This document shows positions 18,698 to 27,366 of a DNA stretch of 64,000 nucleotides, one piece after another. Numbering within the stretch: position 1 is the stretch's first letter; every line of letters starts with the position of its first letter. The position numbers were made by a program, and so were the translations under genes. The notes below the pieces were generated by a model, which had not been told where the DNA came from, did no database searches, and saw only the letters and a list, made by a program, of their open reading frames with translations. Source of the stretch: an uncultured Pseudomonadales bacterium (GTDB lineage Bacteria; Patescibacteriota; Microgenomatia; UBA1400; UBA12108); assembly GCA_964502225.1 (NCBI GenBank), contig CAZCUC010000004.1, positions 2,641 through 66,640 on the forward strand, given 5' to 3'.

Positions 18698-19285
18698 ATG
18701 AAACTGCCTGCCTTTTTTGGTCATAAACGATCGATAAACTTGTTGCCTCGGGATGCATTTGAGAGTAGTACTCTGGGAGTAATCCTGGAATGGTCGTTGG
18801 TTTTTGGCAAGTGGGCGGTGATTGTCACACAGCTTGTGGTGATGGGAGCTTTTTTGTATCGCTTTACCCTGGATCGTAACCTGACGGACTTGCGCAAATC
18901 GATCGCCAAAAACGTGGCAATTGTAAAATCGTATGAGCAAGTAGAAAGAGATTATGTCTTGGCACAAAAGCAAGTATTGCGAGCAAAAACGGCCTTGGCG
19001 GCACAGGACAAAATGAGCCAAACCCTCTCGGTCTTGGGACAAATAACTCCGAGCGAGATCTGGTACGACCGAATTAGCATTACCCCTGAAGCACTATCGC
19101 TAAATGCATTTGCCGCAACACTACCTGGATTTGGCAAGTTTTTGACTGCGGCTCAGCGGAGCCCGTCATTTGAGGGGATTAGACTAACCAAACTAGAAAG
19201 TAGCTCGGCTAAAGGCGCGCAAATACAGTTTGAGGTGTCTCTCGATCTAATTGCAGACAAAACTGCACCGGGGACTAAAAAATGA
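18698..19285 (+). CDS. pilN: type IV pilus assembly protein PilN-like
   Basis: hallmark INLLP motif, then a single TM and a periplasmic domain; GGAGG SD. Confidence 0.7.
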   Translation: MKLPAFFGHKRSINLLPRDAFESSTLGVILEWSLVFGKWAVIVTQLVVMGAFLYRFTLDRNLTDLRKSIAKNVAIVKSYEQVERDYVLAQKQVLRAKTALAAQDKMSQTLSVLGQITPSEIWYDRISITPEALSLNAFAATLPGFGKFLTAAQRSPSFEGIRLTKLESSSAKGAQIQFEVSLDLIADKTAPGTKK

Positions 19286-19953
19286 ACATCAATACTCGGA
19301 GATACTCACAGGATTTACGTCGTTATTATCGGATGCCGGCAGTGCAAGTATCGCTAACTTTGGTGTTGTCGGTGTTTTTGATGAGTGTTTTTGTCGTCTT
19401 TGCACTGCGCCCAACAATCTTGTCGATCGTCAACCTGAAAAAAACTATTAGTGAATCGAAAAAAGTACTACAACAACTAGAGACTAAAGTTAATTTTTTA
19501 CAAAAAGCCTCTAACCAATTAGAAACTTTGCGACCAGTAATCCCAAATATCAACAACAGTATTCCCAATAATGGAGCTATGTATTCGCCCATCACCCTAG
19601 CGATAGACGAGCTGGCTTATCAGGTAGGAGTAATAGTCGAGAGCGAGTCGCTAGGGCCAACACTCCTTTACTCGCGAATCCTCTCCCCTTTTACCCCAAA
19701 CAAGAATCAAAAAGTGGTTGAGCTGAGCTTTAGCCTGAGAGTAAGCGGCGGATATAGCGAAGTGACTGATTTTTTGAATATGATGATGAAAATGGAGCGG
19801 ATCGTCTTGGTTGATAATGTCACCATCGCCAAACAGGCAGGCGCGAAAAACTCCACTGCCAGCGTAACGATGAATGTAAGTGGACTGGCTTTTTACCTGG
19901 CAGATGCAACACAGCTAGACAAAGCATTGATCCAGAAAAAGGGAGGTAAATAA
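19282..19953 (+). CDS. pilO: PilO-like pilus assembly protein
   Basis: TM followed by a coiled-coil then an alpha/beta domain; ATGA overlap with pilN. Confidence 0.5.
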   Translation: MNINTRRYSQDLRRYYRMPAVQVSLTLVLSVFLMSVFVVFALRPTILSIVNLKKTISESKKVLQQLETKVNFLQKASNQLETLRPVIPNINNSIPNNGAMYSPITLAIDELAYQVGVIVESESLGPTLLYSRILSPFTPNKNQKVVELSFSLRVSGGYSEVTDFLNMMMKMERIVLVDNVTIAKQAGAKNSTASVTMNVSGLAFYLADATQLDKALIQKKGGK

Positions 19954-20228
19954 TGGCCGTTCGAGATACTATCTTAGTCAGTAAAACGCTGTATCAGATC
20001 GGAGTGGTGACCTTGATTACCGCAATCATGTGGGTTGGAATTGTGGTTTACCAGGCCGCTACTAAACCCTTAGCCGTAGAGATTGATAAATCGATTTTGG
20101 AACCTATCAATACAACAATCGATCAAGAGACAATTACAGCGATCACAAATCGATTGAAAATTGAGCCCAGATTAATAGAGCTTACGGCGAGCGAGAGTGC
20201 TACTATAGAGGAAGATAAAGGCATATGA
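19953..20228 (+). CDS. small single-TM protein (91 aa), possibly pilus-assembly associated
   Basis: ATGA-coupled on both sides. Confidence 0.4.
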   Translation: MAVRDTILVSKTLYQIGVVTLITAIMWVGIVVYQAATKPLAVEIDKSILEPINTTIDQETITAITNRLKIEPRLIELTASESATIEEDKGI

Positions 20229-21577
20229 GCTTGTTAACAAAGAGATTTCCAACTATTTTGGGGTTGTTTTTTTTGGTGGTGATTGTGGTGGGAATTTTCG
20301 TTTATTACTCTAGTACAAAAACAGCTAAAGTGGCGAGTGAGATAGTCCCGACCAAAGTAAGGATTACCAATGTGGCTGATAACAAATTTAGTGTGTCGTG
20401 GATAACATCTAGTCTTACAACAGGTGAGGTTGAGTATGGACAAGTAGGCGAAAAGCTGACTACCCGTGCCAAAGATGATAGAGACACGAGCGTGGCGGGC
20501 CAGTTTGTGACTCACCATGTCACCGTCGAGGGATTGCAACCGAGTACACAATACGCATTTCGAATCTTGACTGGAGACAAGCCAACGAGGTTTGACAACA
20601 GTGGAAGCCCGTACACAGTGGCCACTGGTCCTGTAATTGGCGCGACTCCGGGCTCGCAGAATTTTTACGGTAACGTAGTGCTCCCCTCAAAACAACCAGC
20701 CGAAGGTGCGCTTGTTTATATTTCGTTCCCAGGTGCCGCACCAGCCTCGGCGATTGTGAGAGATGGAGGTAACTACGCCTTCACTTTGTCGACTTTGCGA
20801 TCCAGCGATAACCGCTCCTATATTACCTATGATCCATCTGCAAGTATCGCGAGTATTACAGTTGAATCTGGCAAACAACAATCGATTGTGTCGGCATCTC
20901 TCGCCAACTCTGCACCCGTGCCGCCAATTACCCTAGGGCAGAATGCTGAGTTTTTGAACCAACCACAAAAAGTAGATGAGGTCGCACAGGTGGAAGTAGT
21001 CGCCGAGAAACCAGCAATTTTTAATGTTGAGCCGCTTGTTGCAGATACTGCCAATATCAATGCGATTTCGACAACGACAGTGACGATCTTGAACCCGAAA
21101 GAACCTGGTGAAGTACTCAAGACACTCCGACCCGAGTTCCGCGGGACGGGCCCTGCTGGTACTACTTTGTCGATTGCACTAAAAGGTCAAAAAGCTATTA
21201 GTGATACTACCCAGGTAGGGACTGATGGAACCTGGACTTGGGCGCCGGTGATTGATTTAAAAGTCGGGAAACAGACAATCACTGTGAGTTACTTGCCAAG
21301 TGGTGGCACCACCCAAAAAGTAGAGCGAGAATTTAGTGTGAGCACAAGTACAACCGGACTAGATCCGGCGTTTGTCTCCTCCCCTTCTGCTTCGGTAAAA
21401 ACCACAACGACTCAGGCTTCGAGCAGTCCTGTGAGCAGTAGCTCCGCAACCCCGCGGGTGACGATGCCAAATACGGATGAAGGTACCCCTGTGACAGGAG
21501 TAATAGAGAATACGCTATTGACTGGAGCACTAGGACTGGTCATTATGGTAGTAGGAGCAGTGCTTTTGGCACTGTAG
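20225..21577 (+). CDS. N-anchored surface protein with FN3-like and Ig-like domains and a C-terminal TPVTG-type sorting-like signal
   Basis: N-terminal TM; FN3-like ITNVADNKFSVSW...YAFRI; C-terminus MPNTDEGTPVTGVIENT plus a 20-aa hydrophobic tail. Confidence 0.6.
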   Translation: MSLLTKRFPTILGLFFLVVIVVGIFVYYSSTKTAKVASEIVPTKVRITNVADNKFSVSWITSSLTTGEVEYGQVGEKLTTRAKDDRDTSVAGQFVTHHVTVEGLQPSTQYAFRILTGDKPTRFDNSGSPYTVATGPVIGATPGSQNFYGNVVLPSKQPAEGALVYISFPGAAPASAIVRDGGNYAFTLSTLRSSDNRSYITYDPSASIASITVESGKQQSIVSASLANSAPVPPITLGQNAEFLNQPQKVDEVAQVEVVAEKPAIFNVEPLVADTANINAISTTTVTILNPKEPGEVLKTLRPEFRGTGPAGTTLSIALKGQKAISDTTQVGTDGTWTWAPVIDLKVGKQTITVSYLPSGGTTQKVEREFSVSTSTTGLDPAFVSSPSASVKTTTTQASSSPVSSSSATPRVTMPNTDEGTPVTGVIENTLLTGALGLVIMVVGAVLLAL

Positions 21578-21590
21578 GAAAGTTATATTT

Positions 21591-22787
21591 ATGGCAGATA
21601 CGCTTGTACAACAACCAATCCCCCAGCCTAGTGAGGTACCGCCCGTCACGAGTGCACCACCTGTCATGAACACGCCTCCCGTCATGAGTGTACCTCCATC
21701 ACCGATTAGCCAAAAGGTAGAGCCACCAAAAAGCAAGATTAGCCTGGTCGTGGCAGGAGTCGTGGCACTGGTGATGATGGTCGGAGTGGGAGTATGGGGA
21801 TACTCGCAGTACAGTGGGACAAAGACACCACAAATAGCCAAGTTAACTGAGGAGTTGGATGGAGGAATTACAGTTACACAAACTCCGTCTGAAGAGGCAC
21901 AAGGCAAAGGTGGAACTGTATTTAAGGATGGGATACTGATTGGACATTTGAATAATTTAGAAGTAAACATTCCAGCAATTATCGCTAAGTGCAAGAAAGA
22001 CAAGGCAGAAACAGGCTGTACGATATCAGATATGAAAACATACCTGACGAATGCAGATAATAATTATGACAGTGTGATTGGCGGATCTTGTTCCGGTATT
22101 GAAAACAGCGAGTCACCATCCATTTGTGCTCAAGGACAGGGTCATTGTGTAGGTGGAATATGTCAGCCGGCGAATTGTGCAAATGGATATACCCCTTCTG
22201 CTGAGGGCTGTGTACCAAACCCTAGCTTGGCTTGTAAAGGTACAGACTATGGAGCTCCTGTGTGCTGTTACGACACCTCGTGTGCAGGGGGAACAATTGT
22301 TTGTGAGGCACCAGGCAGAAAGGAATGCAAAAGCACTGGTATAAATGGAGAAAAACACTGCCTTTTGGAGGCTAATTCTGTGGACTGCGGTGGTAAGGTG
22401 GATGAGCCAAATGAAAGGCGGAGTCCTAATCCTTCTCCAAGCGTGTCACCAAGCGTGAGACCTTCCCCTTCTCCATCTCCCTCACCAACCATGGCATGTA
22501 CTGGACTGACACAAACACCCGCGACACAACCAGTAGTAGGATCTAAACTTACATTCACTTGTGCAGGTTCTGTGACACCAAGCAACGCCTCTACCCTTTC
22601 CTACAATTTCCGCTACGCCATTAACAACGGAGCCTGGGTCAATCTAACCAACAAAACCACGGCGACGGCCGAGTTGACCATCAGCGCTTGCGGAACATAT
22701 AAAGTAGAGTGTAGAGCCTGCGCCACATTTGGTGGTTTAATCAAGTGTGATCCATTCTGGCAATATGCAGGAGTCCAACCACTATGA
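21591..22787 (+). CDS. surface protein A: Pro-rich cytoplasmic N-terminus, TM, Cys-rich region, Ser/Pro linker, C-terminal Cys-containing beta domain
   Basis: domain MACTGLTQTP...CRACATFGG shared with the 23992..25152 product. Confidence 0.55.
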   Translation: MADTLVQQPIPQPSEVPPVTSAPPVMNTPPVMSVPPSPISQKVEPPKSKISLVVAGVVALVMMVGVGVWGYSQYSGTKTPQIAKLTEELDGGITVTQTPSEEAQGKGGTVFKDGILIGHLNNLEVNIPAIIAKCKKDKAETGCTISDMKTYLTNADNNYDSVIGGSCSGIENSESPSICAQGQGHCVGGICQPANCANGYTPSAEGCVPNPSLACKGTDYGAPVCCYDTSCAGGTIVCEAPGRKECKSTGINGEKHCLLEANSVDCGGKVDEPNERRSPNPSPSVSPSVRPSPSPSPSPTMACTGLTQTPATQPVVGSKLTFTCAGSVTPSNASTLSYNFRYAINNGAWVNLTNKTTATAELTISACGTYKVECRACATFGGLIKCDPFWQYAGVQPL

Positions 22788-23968
22788 AAAAAGGTTTAAT
22801 CATCGGCTTCTCACTGTTTGCATTGGTGGTACTGATTGTGGGTGTCGTGTATATGGTACGTAAACCAAATATCAATGTAGTGACGGCTGATTGTGCTCCT
22901 AGGTACTACTACAATCTAGAATCAAAGTCCTGTGCCGCTACCACCAGAAACTACAACGCGGCCGAGATCGATTGTGATGGAGGCACTGGCAAGACATGTG
23001 TGGTGAATCTACAGGAATGGATGCCAGGGAAAACTGCCGGATCTTGTTACAAAACTATTGCTCAGTGCCAAGCGGCCAATAGTGGGACAACCACCACCTG
23101 TACTCCTCGCTACTACTACAACACGAAGACTCAGACCTGCACGGCCACTAATCGTAGCTACAACTCTCAAGACGTAGATTGTGATGGAGGTACTGGCAAG
23201 ACATGCGCGGCTAATCTACAAGACTGGGAAGCAGGCAACACAACTGGAATCTGCTATCCTTCTCAGATTGCATGTGCCAACGCTAATGGAGGCGGATCTA
23301 CAACCACCAACTCGTGCTCGAAAACATTTACAGTCGCTTGTGCTAACCCATCGGTTAGTCCTTCGCCAATCCCAAGTACCTCCGCCCCAGTTTATCCTTC
23401 CCCATCGCCCTCTAGCCCATCATCGGCTAGCTTGGACTGTGTCGCCAAGAAAATGTATGAGAATGATAGCCGCAACCGAGCTGGATTCTATTACATGGAG
23501 CGTGAGATCACAGATACCAACACAGTCCAGAATGGCCAAATCATTGTGTACAACATCGTGACCAGAAACAATGGAGGCAACAGCGTACCTGACACAACAA
23601 TTACCGACAGACTATCGACCAACCTAACTTATGTCGATGGAGATAGTGGCTGTGGCTATGACTCAAATACAAGGACTGTGACCTGTACGATTGGAACACT
23701 CTCACCAAATAGTGAAGCTCAGAGATCGTTTAGAGCTAGTGTGACAGTGGCTGGGACTACCTCGGTCGCCAACACAGCTGAGGTGACCTCGACCAACGGA
23801 CAAAGAGATAGTTGCAGTGTCTCAATTGATGCGACTGGAAGAGTGAGCGTTGTATCCTCTCCGGCACCTACTGCACTACCAGTTGCTGGTGTGTTTGAGG
23901 TGACAGCACTACCCCTCACCCTCGGACTACTACTACTGATCATTGGTGGACTGGGACTACTGGTGCTA
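22774..23968. repeat. direct repeat copy 1 (1195 bp, appears 100% identical to 25151-26345)
   Basis: identical DNA from 10 nt upstream of the ATG to the last sense codon of gene B. Confidence 0.8.
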
Positions 23969-23971
23969 TAG
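22784..23971 (+). CDS. surface protein B: signal-anchor, two Cys-rich PRYYYN/DCDGGTGKTC modules, Ser/Pro linker, DUF11-like domain, LPVAG-type C-terminal signal
   Basis: DUF11-like YNIVTRNNGGNSVPDTTITDRLSTNLTYV...TVTCTIGTLSPNSEAQRSFRASVTV; C-terminus LPVAGVFEVT plus hydrophobic tail. Confidence 0.65.
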   Translation: MKKGLIIGFSLFALVVLIVGVVYMVRKPNINVVTADCAPRYYYNLESKSCAATTRNYNAAEIDCDGGTGKTCVVNLQEWMPGKTAGSCYKTIAQCQAANSGTTTTCTPRYYYNTKTQTCTATNRSYNSQDVDCDGGTGKTCAANLQDWEAGNTTGICYPSQIACANANGGGSTTTNSCSKTFTVACANPSVSPSPIPSTSAPVYPSPSPSSPSSASLDCVAKKMYENDSRNRAGFYYMEREITDTNTVQNGQIIVYNIVTRNNGGNSVPDTTITDRLSTNLTYVDGDSGCGYDSNTRTVTCTIGTLSPNSEAQRSFRASVTVAGTTSVANTAEVTSTNGQRDSCSVSIDATGRVSVVSSPAPTALPVAGVFEVTALPLTLGLLLLIIGGLGLLVL

Positions 23972-23991
23972 ATTGACGTTTCTGAATATAT

Positions 23992-25152
23992 TTGAGACTA
24001 TGGAAGCAGGCACTGCGTATGGTGCTAATTGAGAGTAAGAATATGCCCGACTCAACCATAGATCCAAATTTATCCAACCCCCAAGCTTTAGTTGATGCCG
24101 CCTTGAGCGACACTACCGCACCAAAGCCGAGTTTACCTACGCTCGAGCCTCTGCAACCTAGCGAACCAGCACCCGTAGAAAAGTCTCCTGAAGTAGTAGT
24201 GGCTGATGTAAAAGTTCCTGAAGTAAAGGCTCCTGAAGTAAAAGTTGAAACTAACAACATAGAGATGAGTGACGAGACGCCCCTACAGTTCGTACAGCCG
24301 AGTGAGCCAGTCACACAGCCAATCCCCTTAACAGAGCCAGTTACACCACCCCTACCCAACCCACCCATGCCTCCGTCACCGACAGTAGTGGATAGCCAAG
24401 CGATGAAACCAAAAAGTAAACTGGGAGTAGTAGTTGGGGGAGTACTAATACTAGTATTGGCGCTGGGCGCTGGAGTGTGGGGCTATCTAGGGAGTCCGAC
24501 CGAAAAAAAACCTGCTCAGATAGCAGAGGCACAGGTTGCAGATGGGTGTACTGAAAACTGTGAAAGTAGTGGGAAAGTTTGTATATATAGTACAACCAAG
24601 AAAACTTACAGTTGTCAGAAAACTGGAGGACAAGAGGCATGTATACATACTATTTGCCCTGTTAACTATGTATGTGTAGAAGGAGGAGCTCAGGGAACTT
24701 ATTGTGAACCAAAAGAAGGAGGTAAGCCGCCGGGAGAAACGCTAACTTGCCCGCCAGGGACAAGAAGCAATGGACAGTGTGAGGATGGAGTTTTGAGACC
24801 ACCGTGCTGTGAACCAGATACCTCCCCATCCCCCTCACCGTCGACAACTACCACCGCCACAATGGCGTGCACAGGTCTGACCCAAACTCCAAGTACAACC
24901 CCAGTAGTTGGATCTAAACTAACATTCACTTGTAGTGGTTCAATTACCCCAAGCAATGCAGGTACCTTGTCGTATGAGTTTGTTTACAAACTCAATGCCG
25001 GCGGGTGGAAAAGCTTGAGTAACAAAACTACAAACACGGCCGAGCTGACTATCGCAACTTGCGGAGAATATATTGTGCATTGCCGTGCGTGTGCCACGAT
25101 CAATGGTAGCAAGCAATGTGACCCTGTTTGGAAGGACGTAGTAATACAATGA
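23992..25152 (+). CDS. surface protein A' (diverged paralog of A)
   Basis: same architecture; C-terminal domain MACTGLTQTPSTTPVVGSKLTFTC...CRACATINGSKQC. Confidence 0.55.
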   Translation: MRLWKQALRMVLIESKNMPDSTIDPNLSNPQALVDAALSDTTAPKPSLPTLEPLQPSEPAPVEKSPEVVVADVKVPEVKAPEVKVETNNIEMSDETPLQFVQPSEPVTQPIPLTEPVTPPLPNPPMPPSPTVVDSQAMKPKSKLGVVVGGVLILVLALGAGVWGYLGSPTEKKPAQIAEAQVADGCTENCESSGKVCIYSTTKKTYSCQKTGGQEACIHTICPVNYVCVEGGAQGTYCEPKEGGKPPGETLTCPPGTRSNGQCEDGVLRPPCCEPDTSPSPSPSTTTTATMACTGLTQTPSTTPVVGSKLTFTCSGSITPSNAGTLSYEFVYKLNAGGWKSLSNKTTNTAELTIATCGEYIVHCRACATINGSKQCDPVWKDVVIQ

Positions 25153-26345
25153 CAACCACTATGAAAAAAGGTTTAATCATCGGCTTCTCACTGTTTGCAT
25201 TGGTGGTACTGATTGTGGGTGTCGTGTATATGGTACGTAAACCAAATATCAATGTAGTGACGGCTGATTGTGCTCCTAGGTACTACTACAATCTAGAATC
25301 AAAGTCCTGTGCCGCTACCACCAGAAACTACAACGCGGCCGAGATCGATTGTGATGGAGGCACTGGCAAGACATGTGTGGTGAATCTACAGGAATGGATG
25401 CCAGGGAAAACTGCCGGATCTTGTTACAAAACTATTGCTCAGTGCCAAGCGGCCAATAGTGGGACAACCACCACCTGTACTCCTCGCTACTACTACAACA
25501 CGAAGACTCAGACCTGCACGGCCACTAATCGTAGCTACAACTCTCAAGACGTAGATTGTGATGGAGGTACTGGCAAGACATGCGCGGCTAATCTACAAGA
25601 CTGGGAAGCAGGCAACACAACTGGAATCTGCTATCCTTCTCAGATTGCATGTGCCAACGCTAATGGAGGCGGATCTACAACCACCAACTCGTGCTCGAAA
25701 ACATTTACAGTCGCTTGTGCTAACCCATCGGTTAGTCCTTCGCCAATCCCAAGTACCTCCGCCCCAGTTTATCCTTCCCCATCGCCCTCTAGCCCATCAT
25801 CGGCTAGCTTGGACTGTGTCGCCAAGAAAATGTATGAGAATGATAGCCGCAACCGAGCTGGATTCTATTACATGGAGCGTGAGATCACAGATACCAACAC
25901 AGTCCAGAATGGCCAAATCATTGTGTACAACATCGTGACCAGAAACAATGGAGGCAACAGCGTACCTGACACAACAATTACCGACAGACTATCGACCAAC
26001 CTAACTTATGTCGATGGAGATAGTGGCTGTGGCTATGACTCAAATACAAGGACTGTGACCTGTACGATTGGAACACTCTCACCAAATAGTGAAGCTCAGA
26101 GATCGTTTAGAGCTAGTGTGACAGTGGCTGGGACTACCTCGGTCGCCAACACAGCTGAGGTGACCTCGACCAACGGACAAAGAGATAGTTGCAGTGTCTC
26201 AATTGATGCGACTGGAAGAGTGAGCGTTGTATCCTCTCCGGCACCTACTGCACTACCAGTTGCTGGTGTGTTTGAGGTGACAGCACTACCCCTCACCCTC
26301 GGACTACTACTACTGATCATTGGTGGACTGGGACTACTGGTGCTA
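25151..26345. repeat. direct repeat copy 2 (1195 bp)
   Basis: identical to 22774-23968. Confidence 0.8.
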
Positions 26346-26348
26346 TGA
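25161..26348 (+). CDS. surface protein B' (exact duplicate of B)
   Basis: 395-aa product identical to B; start at MKKGLIIGF is preferred over the 25128 extension. Confidence 0.65.
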   Translation: MKKGLIIGFSLFALVVLIVGVVYMVRKPNINVVTADCAPRYYYNLESKSCAATTRNYNAAEIDCDGGTGKTCVVNLQEWMPGKTAGSCYKTIAQCQAANSGTTTTCTPRYYYNTKTQTCTATNRSYNSQDVDCDGGTGKTCAANLQDWEAGNTTGICYPSQIACANANGGGSTTTNSCSKTFTVACANPSVSPSPIPSTSAPVYPSPSPSSPSSASLDCVAKKMYENDSRNRAGFYYMEREITDTNTVQNGQIIVYNIVTRNNGGNSVPDTTITDRLSTNLTYVDGDSGCGYDSNTRTVTCTIGTLSPNSEAQRSFRASVTVAGTTSVANTAEVTSTNGQRDSCSVSIDATGRVSVVSSPAPTALPVAGVFEVTALPLTLGLLLLIIGGLGLLVL

Positions 26349-27352
26349 AAAAAGCGTTGCTGATTGCTCTACCTATTTTGATTGTAATTGGAGTGGTGGT
26401 TGGATACTTTTTCTATAGCAGAGAGAAAGTAGGGATTAATGAAGTAGTTCCAACTACTTGCGCACCCGGAACTCACCAAGTTTTTAATTATAATGCGGCA
26501 GGTAATCAGATTCCGCCTTACTGTGCCGCCGATACAACAGGGGCGACCAATACCCAGGCATCAGCGGCACCATCTACTTCGAGTAGTTGTGAGACAAAAC
26601 CAAATTGTTTGATAGTAAACCCGCCGACCTGCAAGGGACTACAGCCACCCGATGGTAAGACTTGGTGCGCAACCACGACAACTACTACTACCACAACGAC
26701 TACCACGGGTGATGCAACCTGCGCTAAGCGATACTACTATAGTTTAGATTCAAAGGGATGTGTTGCGACAACAAGAAATTATAACTCGGCAGAAATGGAT
26801 TGTGATGGCGGAACGGGTAAAACATGTGTGGTGAATCTGCAGGAAGCACTGCCCGGTAAAACTGGGGGCTCTTGTTTTAAAACTGAAGAGCTATGTCTGG
26901 CTTCTAAAGCAATTTGTTCTCCCAGATATTATTACAACACCGTGACTAAACTTTGTGTAGCGACAAACCGGAGCTATGACTCGAAGGATGTCGATTGTGA
27001 TGGCCAGACAAATAAAACCTGTACGGCCAATCTGCAAGACTGGGAGCCAGGGAGAACTACGGGAGTCTGTTATGCGTCTCAGACTACCTGCTTAGATGCC
27101 AACAAAACAACAACACAAACTACTAGTACCACGACAACTACTGCCGCAAGCCCGAGCCCGAGTCCCAGTGTGTCCTCTGGACTAGGAGGTGGGACAACAG
27201 TGACCCCTACCCCCTCGCCCTCTCCTAGAGCTGCTATGCCAGACACTAGTGAAGGAACACCAGTAACTGGCGTGTTTGAAGTGACGGCGGGAACTATTGG
27301 AATTGGTTTGTTGCTGTTGATCGCTGGTATATTTGGAATATTGATGTTTTGA
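26345..27352 (+). CDS. surface protein C: two PRYYYN/DCDGGTGKTC Cys-rich modules, poly-Thr linkers, TPVTG-type C-terminal signal
   Basis: modules CAKRYYYSLDSKGC...DCDGGTGKTC and CSPRYYYNTVTKLC...DCDGQTNKTC; C-terminus MPDTSEGTPVTGVFEVT plus hydrophobic tail. Confidence 0.6.
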   Translation: MKKALLIALPILIVIGVVVGYFFYSREKVGINEVVPTTCAPGTHQVFNYNAAGNQIPPYCAADTTGATNTQASAAPSTSSSCETKPNCLIVNPPTCKGLQPPDGKTWCATTTTTTTTTTTTGDATCAKRYYYSLDSKGCVATTRNYNSAEMDCDGGTGKTCVVNLQEALPGKTGGSCFKTEELCLASKAICSPRYYYNTVTKLCVATNRSYDSKDVDCDGQTNKTCTANLQDWEPGRTTGVCYASQTTCLDANKTTTQTTSTTTTTAASPSPSPSVSSGLGGGTTVTPTPSPSPRAAMPDTSEGTPVTGVFEVTAGTIGIGLLLLIAGIFGILMF

Positions 27353-27366
27353 GAAGCCGTAATTAT

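Noticed and set aside
25128-25160. N-terminal extension MEGRSNTMTTT of B'
   Set aside because: The exact duplicate B starts at MKKGL 10 nt after the repeat boundary; the extension overlaps A' and is not present in copy 1.
22774-26345. Whether the long identical repeats could be a CRISPR array or an IS element
   Set aside because: It is a single 1.2-kb direct duplication of a protein-coding gene, with no short repeat-spacer periodicity, no transposase and no terminal inverted repeats.
26518-26706. ORF encoding MVVVVVVVVVVVV
   Set aside because: Antisense shadow of the poly-Thr (ACN)n tract of surface protein C.
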